Notes: generated from the letters alone by a model not told the origin. A DNA stretch of 49,313 nt from Kofleriaceae bacterium (GCA_046597055.1 JBKJLC010000268.1:1-49313); one strand, 5' to 3'. Numbered from the stretch's first letter, positions 34,589 to 46,392 are shown. Numbers and translations are program-made.

Positions 34589-35320
34589 TCAACGATAGGT
34601 GACGAGGTCGGGGGGCAGGTGATCGACGTGGTTGAACCCGAGCAGCGACAGGTCGCCGGGCGCCCACGCGAAGTCGCGCGACCGCCACACCAGCTCGGTC
34701 ACCGAGGCGTTACGGACCATGCGCCACAGCCGCAGGGTCGCGGTCGCCTCCAGGCCGAGCGCGAGCTTGCCGGCCACGCCGATCGGCCCGCCCGAGGTGA
34801 CGGCGACGATCCGGCGGCCGCGGCCGGGGTGGGCGACGATCAGGCGGCCGAGCCCGTCACGGACCCGCGACACGAACCCGGCGAAGGTCTCGAGGCCCTC
34901 GGTGTCGAGCTCGCCGCTGCACCAGGCGTCGAGCACCATCCCGAAGCCGAGGTCGTGCAGCTCGGCGCGGCCGGTCACGGCGGCGGTCCCGTCGAGCAGG
35001 CCGGCCAGGGCCGGGCGCTCGCGCACGAGCTTGGGCAGGAACCGCCCGATCAGCTCGAACGCCGGGTACTCGGCCAGCTCGTCGAGCACGGTCGGCGCCG
35101 GCAGCTCGTGGCCGGCGGCGACGGCGGCGTCGCGCGCGATCACCAGCGTGTCGCGCTGGCGCTTCATCGGGCCGCTGACCAGCGCGTCGGCGACCAGCCC
35201 GGTCGCGGCCCAGTGGCGGCCCAGCACCTGGGCCTGCTCGATCCCGCGCTCGCTCAGCTGATCGTAGTCGGCGGCGCCGTACGAGGCCTGACCGTGGCGC
35301 ACCAGCGTGAGGGTTCCCAC
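34589..35320 (-). CDS. Histidine phosphatase family protein
   Basis: [30 protein letters not shown]. Confidence 0.9.
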   Translation of the reverse strand: MGTLTLVRHGQASYGAADYDQLSERGIEQAQVLGRHWAATGLVADALVSGPMKRQRDTLVIARDAAVAAGHELPAPTVLDELAEYPAFELIGRFLPKLVRERPALAGLLDGTAAVTGRAELHDLGFGMVLDAWCSGELDTEGLETFAGFVSRVRDGLGRLIVAHPGRGRRIVAVTSGGPIGVAGKLALGLEATATLRLWRMVRNASVTELVWRSRDFAWAPGDLSLLGFNHVDHLPPDLVTYR

Positions 35321-35461
35321 CGCCGGACTCTAGCCCAGCGCCCGCGCGGAACGGGCCGACCGGCCACCCTGCCGGAGGCCACCGGCGTTTCGCCTCGCGC
35401 GCGGACCCACGCGCACCGGGAATTCGCCACCCCGCCGCGGATCGAGCGATACTCATCGGAC

Positions 35462-37075
35462 ATGTCCCTCGCGGTCGGCATCGACCTCGGTACCACCAAC
35501 TCGGTCGTCGCGGTCGCGACCCCCACCGGGGTCGAGTTCGCGCTCGGCACGCAGGGCGAGCGCATCCATCCGTCGGTGGTGTCGTTCCCGGCGGCCGGTG
35601 GGGTCGTGGTCGGGCTCGAGGCCAAGACCCGCCGCGCCGCCGAGCCGACCACCACGATCTACTCGGCCAAGCGGCTCATCGGGCAGAACATCAAGTCGCC
35701 GCTGGTGCAGCTGGCGCTGACCGGGCTGCCGTTTCCGGTCGAAGAGGGCGCCAACCAGCAGCCGCTGATCGTCCTGCCGCAGCGGCGCGTGACCGTGCCC
35801 GAGGTGTCGAGCCTGGTGCTGCTTCACCTCAAGCGCTGCGCCGAGCGCCAGCTCGGCCAGGCCGTCCACCAGGCGGTGATCACGGTCCCGGCCAACTTCT
35901 CCGACAGCCAGCGCCAGGCCACCAAGGAGGCCGGCCGCCTCGCCGGGCTCGAGGTGCTGCGCTTGCTCAACGAGCCGACCGCGGCCGCGCTCGCCTACGG
36001 CTTCGGCCAGCGCAAGCACGAGGTCGTGTGCGTGTTCGACTTCGGCGGCGGCACCTTCGACGTCAGCCTGCTCGCGATCCGCGACGAGGTCTTCGAGGTG
36101 CTCGCCACCGACGGCGACTTCTTCCTCGGTGGCGACGACGTCGACCGCGCGATCGCCGAGTTCCTGGCCGCCGAGATCAACCGCCAGCAGCAGGTCGATC
36201 CGCGCCGCGATCCCGGCCTCATGACCCGCTTGATGCTCGCCGCCGAGGAGATCAAGTGCCACCTGTCGGAGCACGGCGCGGCCGAGGGCACCATCGATGG
36301 CCTGATGCACCACGGCCACGAGCTGCATCACCCGTTCCGGCTGACCCGGACCCAGCTCGATGGCCTGATCGGCGGCTTCGTCGAGCGCGCGATCCAGCTC
36401 ACCCGCAACGCGCTGACCGCGGCCCACCTCGAACCCCAGGCGATCAGCGAGGTGGTCTGCGTCGGCGGCAGCACCCGCATCCCGCTGGTGCGGACCCGGC
36501 TGGCCGAGCTGTTCGGCCGCGAGCCGGCGCTGCGGATCAACCCGGACGAGGTCGTGGCCCAGGGCGCCGCGATCCAGGCCGGCAGCCTGTCGGGCAGCCT
36601 GTACCGGGGCGCGGTCCGCTCGACCCGCGAGGCGGTGCCGACCGCCGCGCTGTCGCCGCTCGCCCACGGCGACGTCCCGTGGGCGGCCCCGTCGCCGCCG
36701 GCGCGCCCGATCCTCCTCGACGTCACCCCGGCCAGCCTGCGGATCGCGACCGCCGGCGGCTACACCGAGCAGATCCTCGACAAGAACCTGCCGACGCCGA
36801 TCGAGCGGACCAAGACCTTCACGACCGCGCGCGATCACCAGAGCCAGGTCGCGATCGCGTGCTGCCGCGGCGAGTCGCGCCGCTACGCCGACAACGAGCC
36901 GCTCGGCAACCTCGTGCTCGACGGCCTGCCGCCGCGCCGCCGCGGCGAGTGCAAGATCGACGTGACCTTCCGGGTCGACACCGACGGGATCCTGCACGTG
37001 CGCGCGCGTGACGCCGACACCGGCATCGCCCGCGAGGCGCAGCTGCAGGTGATCGGCGCGCCGGGGGCGTCGTGA
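35462..37075 (+). CDS. Hsp70-family protein lacking the alpha-helical lid
   Basis: [49 protein letters not shown]; stops after SBD-beta. Confidence 0.92.
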   Translation: MSLAVGIDLGTTNSVVAVATPTGVEFALGTQGERIHPSVVSFPAAGGVVVGLEAKTRRAAEPTTTIYSAKRLIGQNIKSPLVQLALTGLPFPVEEGANQQPLIVLPQRRVTVPEVSSLVLLHLKRCAERQLGQAVHQAVITVPANFSDSQRQATKEAGRLAGLEVLRLLNEPTAAALAYGFGQRKHEVVCVFDFGGGTFDVSLLAIRDEVFEVLATDGDFFLGGDDVDRAIAEFLAAEINRQQQVDPRRDPGLMTRLMLAAEEIKCHLSEHGAAEGTIDGLMHHGHELHHPFRLTRTQLDGLIGGFVERAIQLTRNALTAAHLEPQAISEVVCVGGSTRIPLVRTRLAELFGREPALRINPDEVVAQGAAIQAGSLSGSLYRGAVRSTREAVPTAALSPLAHGDVPWAAPSPPARPILLDVTPASLRIATAGGYTEQILDKNLPTPIERTKTFTTARDHQSQVAIACCRGESRRYADNEPLGNLVLDGLPPRRRGECKIDVTFRVDTDGILHVRARDADTGIAREAQLQVIGAPGAS

Positions 37076-37578
37076 CCTGGAGCCGGGCCGAGCTCGAGGC
37101 GTGGCTGCGGATGGTGGAGCCGATCGCGAACGAGCGCACGCCCTTCGAGTGGCTGGAGATCCCACCGACCGCGTCGGGCACCGCGATCCAGGAGGCCTAT
37201 CACGCGATCGCACGGACCCGTCACCCGGACCTGTTCCGCCAGCAGCTCGACGTGCCGGGGCTCGACCGGCTGGTGCGGATGTACGCCCGGGTGACCGCCG
37301 CCTACGCCGAGCTGCGGGTGCCCGAGAAGTGCGCCGCGTACCTGCGCACCCAGCGCATCCCGAAGCTGTCGGCGCCGGTGACGAGCGACGCACCGGCGCC
37401 CGAGCCGTCGCAGGCGATGAACCCGAAGGCGCTGACGTCGTACCGCCGCGCCGAGGGCGCGCTGCGCACCGGCGATCACACCGCCGCGATGCTGCACCTG
37501 AAGATGGCGATCGCGTCCGATCCCCGGTCGACCTTCCTGCGCGCGGCGCTCACCGAGCTGGCCGCGCACAAGAAGTAG
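37072..37578 (+). CDS. J-domain protein with C-terminal TPR-like helices
   Basis: PFEWLEI...IQEAYH...RHPD...[12 protein letters not shown] overlap with the Hsp70 gene. Confidence 0.85.
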   Translation: MTWSRAELEAWLRMVEPIANERTPFEWLEIPPTASGTAIQEAYHAIARTRHPDLFRQQLDVPGLDRLVRMYARVTAAYAELRVPEKCAAYLRTQRIPKLSAPVTSDAPAPEPSQAMNPKALTSYRRAEGALRTGDHTAAMLHLKMAIASDPRSTFLRAALTELAAHKK

Positions 37579-37676
37579 CGCGCCCCGGTCGGACCTTCGC
37601 CAGCAACCGCGCGCGCGGGATCGTTCGACGGCGTCGGGCGCTATCACGGTCCCATCGCGATGGGTATGGTCCGCGC

Positions 37677-38804
37677 ATGCAGGGCACCACCGGGACGGCG
37701 ATCACGGGCTCCGGTGTCTGGCACCCCGAGACCGTGGTGACCAACGCCGAGCTGTGCGCGGCGTTCAACGTGTGGGTTGGCCGGGAGAACGCCGCGCACG
37801 CCGCCGAGATCGCCGCCGGCACCTTCACGGCGCTGCGCGAGTCGACCCCGGACTTCATCGAGAAGGCGTCGGGCATCAAGCAGCGCTACGTCCTCGACAA
37901 GACCGGGCTGCTCGATCCCGACCGGCTCACCCCCAACCTGCCCGACCGCCGCGACGACCAGCTGTCGTACCAGGCCGAGCTCGCGGTCCACGCCGCAACG
38001 GCGGCGCTCGCGCAGGCCGGCAAGACCGGCGCCGACGTCGACCTGGTCGTGCTGGGCGCGTCGAACCTCATGCGCCTGTACCCGGCGCTGTCGATCGAAG
38101 TGCTCGACGCGCTCGGCGGCCACGGCTACGCGGTCGACATCGCGCTCGGCTGCTCGTCGGCGACGATGGCGATCACGATGTGCAGCGAGGCGGTCCAGCT
38201 CGGCAAGGCCCGCTGCGCGCTGGCGGTCACGCCCGAGCTGACCAGCGGCTTCATCAACTGGCGCGATCGCGACAGCCACTTCATCTTCGGCGACGCCGCG
38301 GTCGCGGTGGTGGTCGAGCCCGCCGAGGGCGCCCGCGCCGGCAGCTTCGAGATCCTGTCGACCCGGCAGGCGGCGAAGTACTCGTCGAACATCCGCAACA
38401 ACGGCGGCTACCTCAACCGCTGCGACCCGGCCCGCCAGTTCGCCGACGACAAGCTGTTCTATCAGCAGGGCCGGCGGGTCTTCAAGGATGTGGTCCCGAT
38501 GGCGGCCCGCTTCATCGGCGACCACCTCGCGGCCGACGGCGTCGCCACCGGCGACGTCGCGCGGTTCTGGCTGCACCAGGCCAACCAGAAGATGAACGAG
38601 CTGATCGCCGAGCGCTTGATCGGACACCGGCCGAGCCCGCACGAGGCACCGCTGATCCTGCCCGAGCTCGCCAACACCGCGTCGGCCGGCTCGGTGATCG
38701 CCTTCTCGAAGCACCACGACGATCTGCCGACCGGCAGCATCGGCGTGATGGCCTCGTTCGGCGCCGGCTACTCGCTGGGCAGCCTCTTGTTGCGGCGCCG
38801 GTAA
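37677..38804 (+). CDS. fabH: Beta-ketoacyl-ACP synthase III (FabH-like, long form)
   Basis: KASGI, LGCSS (Cys), IFGD, WLHQAN (His), ANTASAG (Asn), SFGAG. Confidence 0.9.
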   Translation: MQGTTGTAITGSGVWHPETVVTNAELCAAFNVWVGRENAAHAAEIAAGTFTALRESTPDFIEKASGIKQRYVLDKTGLLDPDRLTPNLPDRRDDQLSYQAELAVHAATAALAQAGKTGADVDLVVLGASNLMRLYPALSIEVLDALGGHGYAVDIALGCSSATMAITMCSEAVQLGKARCALAVTPELTSGFINWRDRDSHFIFGDAAVAVVVEPAEGARAGSFEILSTRQAAKYSSNIRNNGGYLNRCDPARQFADDKLFYQQGRRVFKDVVPMAARFIGDHLAADGVATGDVARFWLHQANQKMNELIAERLIGHRPSPHEAPLILPELANTASAGSVIAFSKHHDDLPTGSIGVMASFGAGYSLGSLLLRRR

Positions 38805-38934
38805 CCCAGCCCCCCGTGACCGCACCCAGGGAATGAAGCGGCGCCGGCTCGGGTTGCTCCGCGAGGCGTCGACTCGTACGGTGCGCCCTGCGGAGGCATC
38901 GAAGGACGCCTCGCGAACGTTCAGCGGAGGAACC

Positions 38935-40350
38935 ATGCAGGAATCCCAGACTTCTCGACCGCGACGCGTGGCCACCGGGCTGTGCGTCATCGCCCTCGGG
39001 CTCTCGACCGCCGCGATGGCCCAGCCCGCCGCCGACGGCGCGCTGCGGCGCCCGGCGCCGCCTTCCGACCCGGTGATCGGGTTCGAGAAGTACCGGCTCG
39101 CCAACGGCCTCGAGGTGATCCTCGTGCCCGACCCGACCGTGCCGCTGGTCGCGGTCAACGTCTGGTACCACGTGGGCTCGGGCCACGAGACGCCAGGCAA
39201 GAGCGGGTTCGCCCACCTGTTCGAGCACATGCTGTTCCAGGGCTCGAAGCACGTCGGCGAAGACCGCCACTTCGAGGTCCTCAAGAACATCGGCGCCGGC
39301 ATGGTCAACGGCACCACCAACCCCGACCGCACCAACTACTTCGAGGTGGTGCCGTCGAACCAGCTCGAGACCGGGCTGTGGCTCGAGAGCGATCGCATGG
39401 CGCACCTGCTCCCCGTGCTCACCCAGAAGAGCCTCGACAACCAGATCGAGGTCGTGCGCAACGAGCGCCGGCAAAGCTACGACAACGTCCCGTACGGCAA
39501 GGCGCAGTTCGCGCTGGCCGAGGCGCTCTATCCCGAGCGCCATCCCTACCGGTACATGACGATCGGTCGCCACGAGGACCTGACCACGGCGTCGCTCGAC
39601 GACGTGACCGGCTTCTTCAAGACCTGGTACGTCCCGGCCAACGCGACCCTCGCGCTCGCCGGCGACTTCGAGGTCGCCGAGGCCAAGCGCCTGATCGACA
39701 AGTGGTTCGGCAAGCTGCCGGCGAGCACGCGCCCGGCGGTGGTGACCATCCCGGCCCCGACCCCGCGCGCCGAGCGCCGCGTCGTCGAGGACGGCTTCGC
39801 CAAGCTGCGCCAGATCACGTGGGCCTGGCACAGCCCGGCCAACTACGCGCCCGGCGACGCCGAGCTCGATATCCTCGCCTCGAGCCTGGGTCGCGAGGGC
39901 GTGGGCCGCCTGTACAAGCTGCTGGTCCACGAGAAGCAGCTCGCGCAGTCGGTGGCGGCCTACCAGTACGGCTCGACGTTCTCGGGCGTGTTCGCGATCC
40001 AGGTGACGCTGCGGTCCGACGCCGACCTGGCCGCGGTCGAGCAGCTGGTCGCGGCCGAGCTCGGCAAGGTGCTGCGCGAGCCGCTCACCGACTCGGAGAT
40101 TGCGCGCTTCGTCACCGCCACCGAGGCCAGCACGATCTGGGGCCTGGAGTCGCTGATGAGCCGCGCCGAGGTGCTGCAGTCCTACAACCACTTCCTCGGC
40201 GATCCCGGCAAGCTGTCGTGGGATCTCGACCGGTATCGCAAGGCGACCGGCGCGAGCATCCTCGCCGCCGCCAAGCAGGTGATCGCCCTCGACAAGGCGG
40301 TCGTGATCATCACCATGCCCGCCGCCGCCAAGAAGGAAGGCGCCCAGTGA
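38935..40350 (+). CDS. Exported M16 zinc peptidase, catalytic subunit
   Basis: GGAGG RBS; signal peptide; GFAHLFEHMLF, NGTT, LESDRM, VRNER. Confidence 0.93.
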   Translation: MQESQTSRPRRVATGLCVIALGLSTAAMAQPAADGALRRPAPPSDPVIGFEKYRLANGLEVILVPDPTVPLVAVNVWYHVGSGHETPGKSGFAHLFEHMLFQGSKHVGEDRHFEVLKNIGAGMVNGTTNPDRTNYFEVVPSNQLETGLWLESDRMAHLLPVLTQKSLDNQIEVVRNERRQSYDNVPYGKAQFALAEALYPERHPYRYMTIGRHEDLTTASLDDVTGFFKTWYVPANATLALAGDFEVAEAKRLIDKWFGKLPASTRPAVVTIPAPTPRAERRVVEDGFAKLRQITWAWHSPANYAPGDAELDILASSLGREGVGRLYKLLVHEKQLAQSVAAYQYGSTFSGVFAIQVTLRSDADLAAVEQLVAAELGKVLREPLTDSEIARFVTATEASTIWGLESLMSRAEVLQSYNHFLGDPGKLSWDLDRYRKATGASILAAAKQVIALDKAVVIITMPAAAKKEGAQ

Positions 40351-41996
40351 ACCGCCTGTTCGTCGCCGTCCTCGCCACCGCCACGGCCACCACCGCGTGT
40401 GGTGGCAAGAGCGCCACCACCACCGGCCCGACCCTGCCCGACCAGGGCTCGGTCGCCGAGACGCCGACCCCGACCGCTCCTCCTGCCCCGGAGTCCGCGC
40501 CCGTGACCCAGACCGCCCAGCCCCAGGAGCTGTCCTTCCCCGAGGAAGAGTTCCGCGCCAAGCAGCCGGCGCCGACCGCGCCGCGCTCGTTCCGGCTGCC
40601 CAAGGTGCAGACCTTCGCGCTGAAGAACGGCATCTCGGTGTTCCTGGTCGAGCAGCACACGCTGCCGATCGTCAGCATCGACCTGACCTTCGACGGCGGC
40701 GCGCTCGCCGATCCGCGCGGCAAGGAGGGCCTGGCCTCGGTGTGCATGTCGCTGATGAGCGAGGGCACTGCCCGGCTCGACAAGCTCGCGTTCAGCGAGG
40801 CGCTCGCCGACGTCGCGTCGAGCGTGTCGTCGTACGCCGGGGGTGACACCCAGGGCGTGTCGATGTCGTCGCTGACCAAGCACCTCGACACCACCTTCGG
40901 GCTGTTCGTCGACACCCTGCTCACGCCTGGCTTCCGCGCCGAGGACCTCGACCGGATGATCAAGCGCCGGCTCGAAGGCCTCAAGCAGGCCAAGGGCAAC
41001 CCCGAGGCGGTCGCCGGCCGCGTCGCCGGTCCGGTGCTGTACGGCCGCGAGCACCCGTACGGCCGCATCGTCACCGAGGCGTCGCTGGCCGCGATCACTC
41101 TCGACGACTGCAAGGCGTATCACGCCAAGCAGGTCAAGCCGGGCGGCGGTCGCCTGTTCGTCGTCGGTGACCTGACCGCGGCCCAGATCCGCGAGCGCTT
41201 CGAGGTCGGCACGCTCGCGGCGTGGACCGGCAAGGCCCCGGTCATGGCGCGGCTGCCCAGGCCGGCCAAGGCGCCCGCGCGCATCTTCTTCGTCGACGTC
41301 CCGGGCGCGGCGCAGTCGCAGATCTCGCTGGTCCACTTCGGTCCGCTCCGCAAGGCGGCCGACTACCTGCCGACCTCGGTGATGGCGGCGATCCTCGGCG
41401 GTGGCTTCACCAGCCGGGTCAACATGAACCTGCGCGAGGACAAGGGCTACACCTACGGCGCCCGCGCCGGCTTCAACTACAGCCGCCACTACGGCGTGAT
41501 GGGGGCCAGCGCCTCGGTGCGCAGCGACGCGACCTACCAGTCGCTGCTCGAGCTGTTTGGCGATATGCGCGCGCTCGAGCAGGGCAAGCTGCCGCCGACC
41601 GACGGCGAGCTCGATCGCGAGAAGGCGAGCGCGGTGCTGGGCCTGCCCAGCCGGTTCGCGACCGCGGGCGCCTCGCTGGGCATGTTCCGGAGCCTGGTCT
41701 ACTACGGCCTGCCGCTCGACTACTGGACCGGCTACACGGCCAAGATGCAGAAGGTCGGCAAGTCCCAGGTGGCGGCCGCGGCCCGCAAGCACCTGAAGTC
41801 GGGCGACGCGATCTTCGTGGTGGTCGGCGACGGCAAGGCGCCCATGATCATGCGCGAGGGCAAGCAGGACGTCTCCTTGATGAAGGATGGCAAGCAGTTG
41901 ACCCTGCGCGACGCCCTCGAAGGACTCGCGGCCGACGGCACGCTCGGCAAGGGCGGCCTGGTCGTCCTCGACGCCGACGCGCAGCCGGTGCCCTGA
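40347..41996 (+). CDS. M16 peptidase non-catalytic subunit, lipoprotein
   Basis: GTGA overlap; TTA-C lipobox; no HxxEH; NLREDKGYTYG. Confidence 0.9.
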   Translation: MNRLFVAVLATATATTACGGKSATTTGPTLPDQGSVAETPTPTAPPAPESAPVTQTAQPQELSFPEEEFRAKQPAPTAPRSFRLPKVQTFALKNGISVFLVEQHTLPIVSIDLTFDGGALADPRGKEGLASVCMSLMSEGTARLDKLAFSEALADVASSVSSYAGGDTQGVSMSSLTKHLDTTFGLFVDTLLTPGFRAEDLDRMIKRRLEGLKQAKGNPEAVAGRVAGPVLYGREHPYGRIVTEASLAAITLDDCKAYHAKQVKPGGGRLFVVGDLTAAQIRERFEVGTLAAWTGKAPVMARLPRPAKAPARIFFVDVPGAAQSQISLVHFGPLRKAADYLPTSVMAAILGGGFTSRVNMNLREDKGYTYGARAGFNYSRHYGVMGASASVRSDATYQSLLELFGDMRALEQGKLPPTDGELDREKASAVLGLPSRFATAGASLGMFRSLVYYGLPLDYWTGYTAKMQKVGKSQVAAAARKHLKSGDAIFVVVGDGKAPMIMREGKQDVSLMKDGKQLTLRDALEGLAADGTLGKGGLVVLDADAQPVP

Positions 41997-42169
41997 TCGG
42001 GTCCGTTTCGTAGGGTAGGCCCGCCTCGGCATCGGAGCTAACCGGCTGAAGCGGCAGCCCATCCGGGCCGGCCGCGCCCGGGAGCGTCGCGCGAAAAGCA
42101 TTCCTCGACCGGGATAATCCTGAGATGGTATCGGGTGCATTGGCCGGGCTCCCGGCCCCGTGGAGCCTC

Positions 42170-42808
42170 ATGCCCTCGACCCTCTCCTCTCGTGTCGCCG
42201 GTGTTCACCCGCGGCGCCAGCGCGGCAGCGCGATGCTGGTCGCGCTGATCGCGCTGACCGCGCTCGTCACGCTCGGTGGGCTCACCGTGCTGTCGGTGCA
42301 AGGCGGCATCGCGGCCGCCGGCGCCGAGCGCCAGAAGCTGGTCGCGCTCTACGCCGCCGAGAGCGGCGCCGCCGCGGCCATGGTGGCGCTGCGGCAGAAC
42401 CTGAGCAACGTCGACGGCTGGACCGCGTACGTGAAGGTCGCGCCCGAGCCGCTGACCATCATCGGCGCCGGCGCCCAGCCGGGCACCACCGGCAGCGTGA
42501 TCTCGGCCGACGTCCGGGGCTGGTACCAGGTCAAGATCATCAATAACCCTGACGACGACGGCAACAACCTGGTGACCGGCACCATCGCCGACACCGACAA
42601 CCGCGTGATCATCGTGGCCACCGGCCATGGCCCCGGCGGCGTGACCGCGCAGGTCGAGTGGCAGGTCGCCGCCTACGTCGCCACCGGCAGCCGCCCCTGT
42701 CCGGGTTACGGACAGAAGGGCATGGCCGAGGACGGCGCCGGTCGCAACGACTGCCTGACCACGATCATCTCCACCGACGTCGCGACCTACTCGCCGGGAG
42801 GCCCGTGA
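42170..42808 (+). CDS. pilX: PilX-like minor pilin
   Basis: GGAG RBS; RQRG/SAMLVAL without Glu5; ALYAAESG. Confidence 0.8.
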   Translation: MPSTLSSRVAGVHPRRQRGSAMLVALIALTALVTLGGLTVLSVQGGIAAAGAERQKLVALYAAESGAAAAMVALRQNLSNVDGWTAYVKVAPEPLTIIGAGAQPGTTGSVISADVRGWYQVKIINNPDDDGNNLVTGTIADTDNRVIIVATGHGPGGVTAQVEWQVAAYVATGSRPCPGYGQKGMAEDGAGRNDCLTTIISTDVATYSPGGP

Positions 42809-45800
42809 TGCGCACCTCGAGCTCCAGACTGCCCGTCCGCGCCCTGGCCGTCGTCACCGCCGCGCTCACGGGCGTCACCCCGGCGTGGGCGCAGGTCTGT
42901 CCCCAGACCTCGAGCCCGACCAGCTGGAACGGCAGCACGCTCGATACCGGCACCCCGCTGAAGAGCGGCGTGGTGTTCGATGGCACCGGCGCCCGGCTCC
43001 ACCTCGAAAAGGCGGCCGGGCTGTTCCGGTCGACGCCGCTCGGCACCACCGACCTCACCGTGTTCGCGGCGGCCGCCGACTTCAACCAGGACGGCTGGGA
43101 CGACTTCGTCGGCGCCGGCGAGGCCACCAGCTTCGTGCGCGTGTACCGCAACCGCACGATGGACAACCTGCCGCCGACGCCGAACTGGGACGACTCCAGC
43201 TTCGTGGTCGCGCCCAAGTTCACGATGGCGCGCGAGCTGGTCGCGCCGATCGGGTTGCACCGCTGGCGGCCGCTGGCCGCCGGCGACTTCGACGGCGATG
43301 GCTGGCCCGACGTGTTCGTGGCGGTCGCGCGGACCAACAGCGAGCCCGAGTCGGCGACGATCTACCTCAACCAGGGCAGCGTCGACGGGGCCGGCAACCC
43401 GCAGTTCTACCCCGGCTACGACGCGCTGGCCTCGGGCACCAGCCTCGCGCAGCTCGGCGTGCAGCGCTGGGGTGGCACCAACGTCGCCGTCCTCGACTAC
43501 AACGGCGACCGCAAGCTCGACCTCGTGATCGGCAGCGGCAGCAACGGCGGCACGATCCGGGTCTTCCTCAACAACTGCACGCTGGTGAGCCCGCAGCCGA
43601 CCCCGCTGCCCGCCCCCGGCCAGCCGCTGCGCTGCGTGAGCTCGACCACCGGGCCGAGGTTCGCCGCCTCGACGACGCTCATCACCAACCTGGGGTTCCC
43701 GACCCTCGGGTCGCCGGCCACCGGCAACCTGGCGGTGTTCGCGTACGCCGACGTCGACGGCGACGGCAAGCGCGACCTGATCGCCGGCGCGCCGAGCTGC
43801 TGCAGCACGGCGACCAGCCGCCTGCGGTTGTGGAAGGGCATCGACGGCGGTGGCCTGTCCGCGACCGTGCAGTCGATCACCTTCCCGGGCGGCGCGACCT
43901 CGATCCTGGTCGCCGACTACTCGGGCGACGGCCGGCCCGACCTGATCGCCGGCACCGACAACTTCAACTACAACGCCGGCAACGGCGGCAGCGCCTACTA
44001 CTGGGTGAATAGCGGCACCGGCACGCCGTTCTCGGGCACCCGCACCCAGCTGACCTCGCCCGGCAGCCCGACCGCCGACTTCGACGTCGGCTTCGTGTTC
44101 GACTACGACAACGATCCGTCGCACACCCCCGACGTGATGATCGCCGACGGCAACCACTCGTCGAGCTTCTGGGTGCTCGCCAACCGCGTGGTCGCCCAGT
44201 ACGTCCCGTGTGGCGAGGTCGCGTCCGGCACGATCGATCTCGGCTCGCTCGCCAACAACGAGATGGTGGTCACCGCCGCCCGCATCGATCCGACCTACAC
44301 GCTCAATGGCGGCACCGTGACCTTCTTCATGTCCAACGAGGACCCGGCCAACTGGGTCGAGGCCAGCCCGTGCAGCGACGGCTCCGGCGACCTGTGCGCG
44401 AGCTTCCCCAAGCCGGTCGGCCGCGAGGTCCGCTGGAAGGCGACGATGTGCGCGTCGGCCAGCCTGGCCAGCACCCCCGATCTGCGCAGCGTGGAGATGT
44501 CGTTCGACTACACCGAGGCCCGCGAGCACTTCCGCGCCGGGGTCGTGGTCAACGACGGCGTCGCCTACGCCGGCGGCTTCCGCCAGCCGGGCGACCGTGG
44601 CCACCTGTTCGCGGTCAACGCCGGGCTGTCGACCACCTACTGGGACGCCGCCGACACGATCGACAGCGTCGCCGACGCCAGCCGCAACATTTATACGACC
44701 GACCCGACCGGCACCGCGCGCCTCGACTTCACGACCGCGGAGGCGGGCAACCCCACGCTGCAGTCGACCCTGCAGGTCACCGACCCGGTCCAGGCCTCCA
44801 CCCTGATCGACTGGGTGCGCAGCGCGCGGTTCGGCATCGGCAACGCCGGCCTCTCGCGCAGCCGGCTGGGCGCGATCGAGACCTCGACCCCGGCCATCCT
44901 CACCAAGCCGTCGTTTCCGATCTGGTACGTGTACGCGTCGGCGATCGAGCGCGCTCGCCACGTCGCGTTCCAGAACGCGAACGCGACCCGGCGGCCCCTG
45001 GTGCTGTTTGGCGCCAAGGACGGCATGATCCACGCGGTCCACACCAACCCGGCGGCGATCGCCGCCAGCCCGAGCGGGACCGAGGCGTGGGCGTTCATCC
45101 CGCCCAAGGTCGCGGCCGGCATGCTGGGCGACTACACCGACAGCCTGAGCGGCACGCTCACGATCAAGTCGTATCCGGACGGCTCGCCGACCCTGGCCGA
45201 CTACCGCAAGCCCGACGGCAGCTACGCCACCGCGGCGATCGTGTCGGCCGGCAACGGCGGCCAGAGCATCGTCGCGATCGATGTCACCACCACGGTCAAC
45301 CCGCTGAACGGCGCGATCAACGGGCCGCGGCCGATGTGGACCGCGACCCCCGGCCAGGGCGACGCCGGCCAGGGCCACTCGAAGGCCGCGGTCGCGCGGG
45401 TGCTGATCGGCCTCACCGAGCGCTACTACGTGATCGCCGCGACCGGCATCGCGCCCGACAACCCCGCGGCGCCGTGGGTGAAGGGCCGGGTGGTCGCCGC
45501 GTACGACCTCAACACCGGCGAGCTGGTCTGGCAGTTCCGCGCCCGGTGCGCGATCACGAGCGACGTGACGGTGTTCGAGACCGACGACGAATTCGAGCCC
45601 GGCGCGCCGACGATCAACGGCTACATGGATCGGGTCGCGTTCGCCGACGCGTGCGGCAACGTCTACAAGGTCGACCCGGCCCGCGACCTCGACGGCGCCT
45701 GGAACGACAACCGCGTCCTCGGCACGATCGAGGTCGAGGACATCGACGGCGTGAAGCAGATGGCGCTGTTCTCGTCGGCGGTCACCACCGACGCACTCGG

Positions 45801-46392
45801 CGCCGAGAGTCCGATCACCGGGACCCTGGCCGCCCGCTCCGACAACTCGGCGCGGGTGGTGCTGTTCTTCGGGACCGGCGGGCTCGAGAGCCACACCACG
45901 ACCACACCCAACGAGTTCTACGCGATCTACGCCAACACCGGCGCGATCCGGTCGAAGCTCACCGGCACCTGCACCGACGGCAAGTGCGAGAAGTTCTACG
46001 GCGGCGTGGTGGTCACCTCCGAGCAGGTGATCTTCTCGCGCACCACCGACCCCGCGGTCGGGCCGACCAGCTGCGACGTCGGCGGCACCACGCTGCAGGC
46101 GATGGAGCTCGACGCGGCCACCAACGGGACCTTCGTCGAGGACTTCTCCCAGGTGCTGGCGGCGGCGGTCATGGGCGCGGTCTACGGCGACGCCGGCGCG
46201 ATCTACTTCGCGACCCTGTCGGGCACCATCTCGCGCATCGGCACGCCGCGCGCGGCGGTCGCCGGCGGCGACAGCGCGGCCCCACCCGGCTCGATCCCGC
46301 GCTTCGGGCAGGGCAGCGAGAACATCGGCGGCGCCGCCACCATCGGCACCACCGAGGCGCTGACGTTGCTCGGCTGGCGTCAGGTCTACTGA
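42808..46392 (+). CDS. pilY1: PilY1-like pilus adhesin with N-terminal FG-GAP/VCBS repeats
   Basis: Signal peptide; DFNQDGWDD, DFDGDGWPD, DYNGDRKLD, DVDGDGKRD, DYSGDGRPD; C-terminal GAKDGMIHA, EAWAFIP, DGSPT, FFGTG, GWRQVY. Confidence 0.88.
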   Translation: MRTSSSRLPVRALAVVTAALTGVTPAWAQVCPQTSSPTSWNGSTLDTGTPLKSGVVFDGTGARLHLEKAAGLFRSTPLGTTDLTVFAAAADFNQDGWDDFVGAGEATSFVRVYRNRTMDNLPPTPNWDDSSFVVAPKFTMARELVAPIGLHRWRPLAAGDFDGDGWPDVFVAVARTNSEPESATIYLNQGSVDGAGNPQFYPGYDALASGTSLAQLGVQRWGGTNVAVLDYNGDRKLDLVIGSGSNGGTIRVFLNNCTLVSPQPTPLPAPGQPLRCVSSTTGPRFAASTTLITNLGFPTLGSPATGNLAVFAYADVDGDGKRDLIAGAPSCCSTATSRLRLWKGIDGGGLSATVQSITFPGGATSILVADYSGDGRPDLIAGTDNFNYNAGNGGSAYYWVNSGTGTPFSGTRTQLTSPGSPTADFDVGFVFDYDNDPSHTPDVMIADGNHSSSFWVLANRVVAQYVPCGEVASGTIDLGSLANNEMVVTAARIDPTYTLNGGTVTFFMSNEDPANWVEASPCSDGSGDLCASFPKPVGREVRWKATMCASASLASTPDLRSVEMSFDYTEAREHFRAGVVVNDGVAYAGGFRQPGDRGHLFAVNAGLSTTYWDAADTIDSVADASRNIYTTDPTGTARLDFTTAEAGNPTLQSTLQVTDPVQASTLIDWVRSARFGIGNAGLSRSRLGAIETSTPAILTKPSFPIWYVYASAIERARHVAFQNANATRRPLVLFGAKDGMIHAVHTNPAAIAASPSGTEAWAFIPPKVAAGMLGDYTDSLSGTLTIKSYPDGSPTLADYRKPDGSYATAAIVSAGNGGQSIVAIDVTTTVNPLNGAINGPRPMWTATPGQGDAGQGHSKAAVARVLIGLTERYYVIAATGIAPDNPAAPWVKGRVVAAYDLNTGELVWQFRARCAITSDVTVFETDDEFEPGAPTINGYMDRVAFADACGNVYKVDPARDLDGAWNDNRVLGTIEVEDIDGVKQMALFSSAVTTDALGAESPITGTLAARSDNSARVVLFFGTGGLESHTTTTPNEFYAIYANTGAIRSKLTGTCTDGKCEKFYGGVVVTSEQVIFSRTTDPAVGPTSCDVGGTTLQAMELDAATNGTFVEDFSQVLAAAVMGAVYGDAGAIYFATLSGTISRIGTPRAAVAGGDSAAPPGSIPRFGQGSENIGGAATIGTTEALTLLGWRQVY

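Noticed and set aside
35462..37578. Housekeeping dnaK-dnaJ
   Set aside because: No lid, no grpE, and the J-protein lacks G/F and zinc-finger regions.
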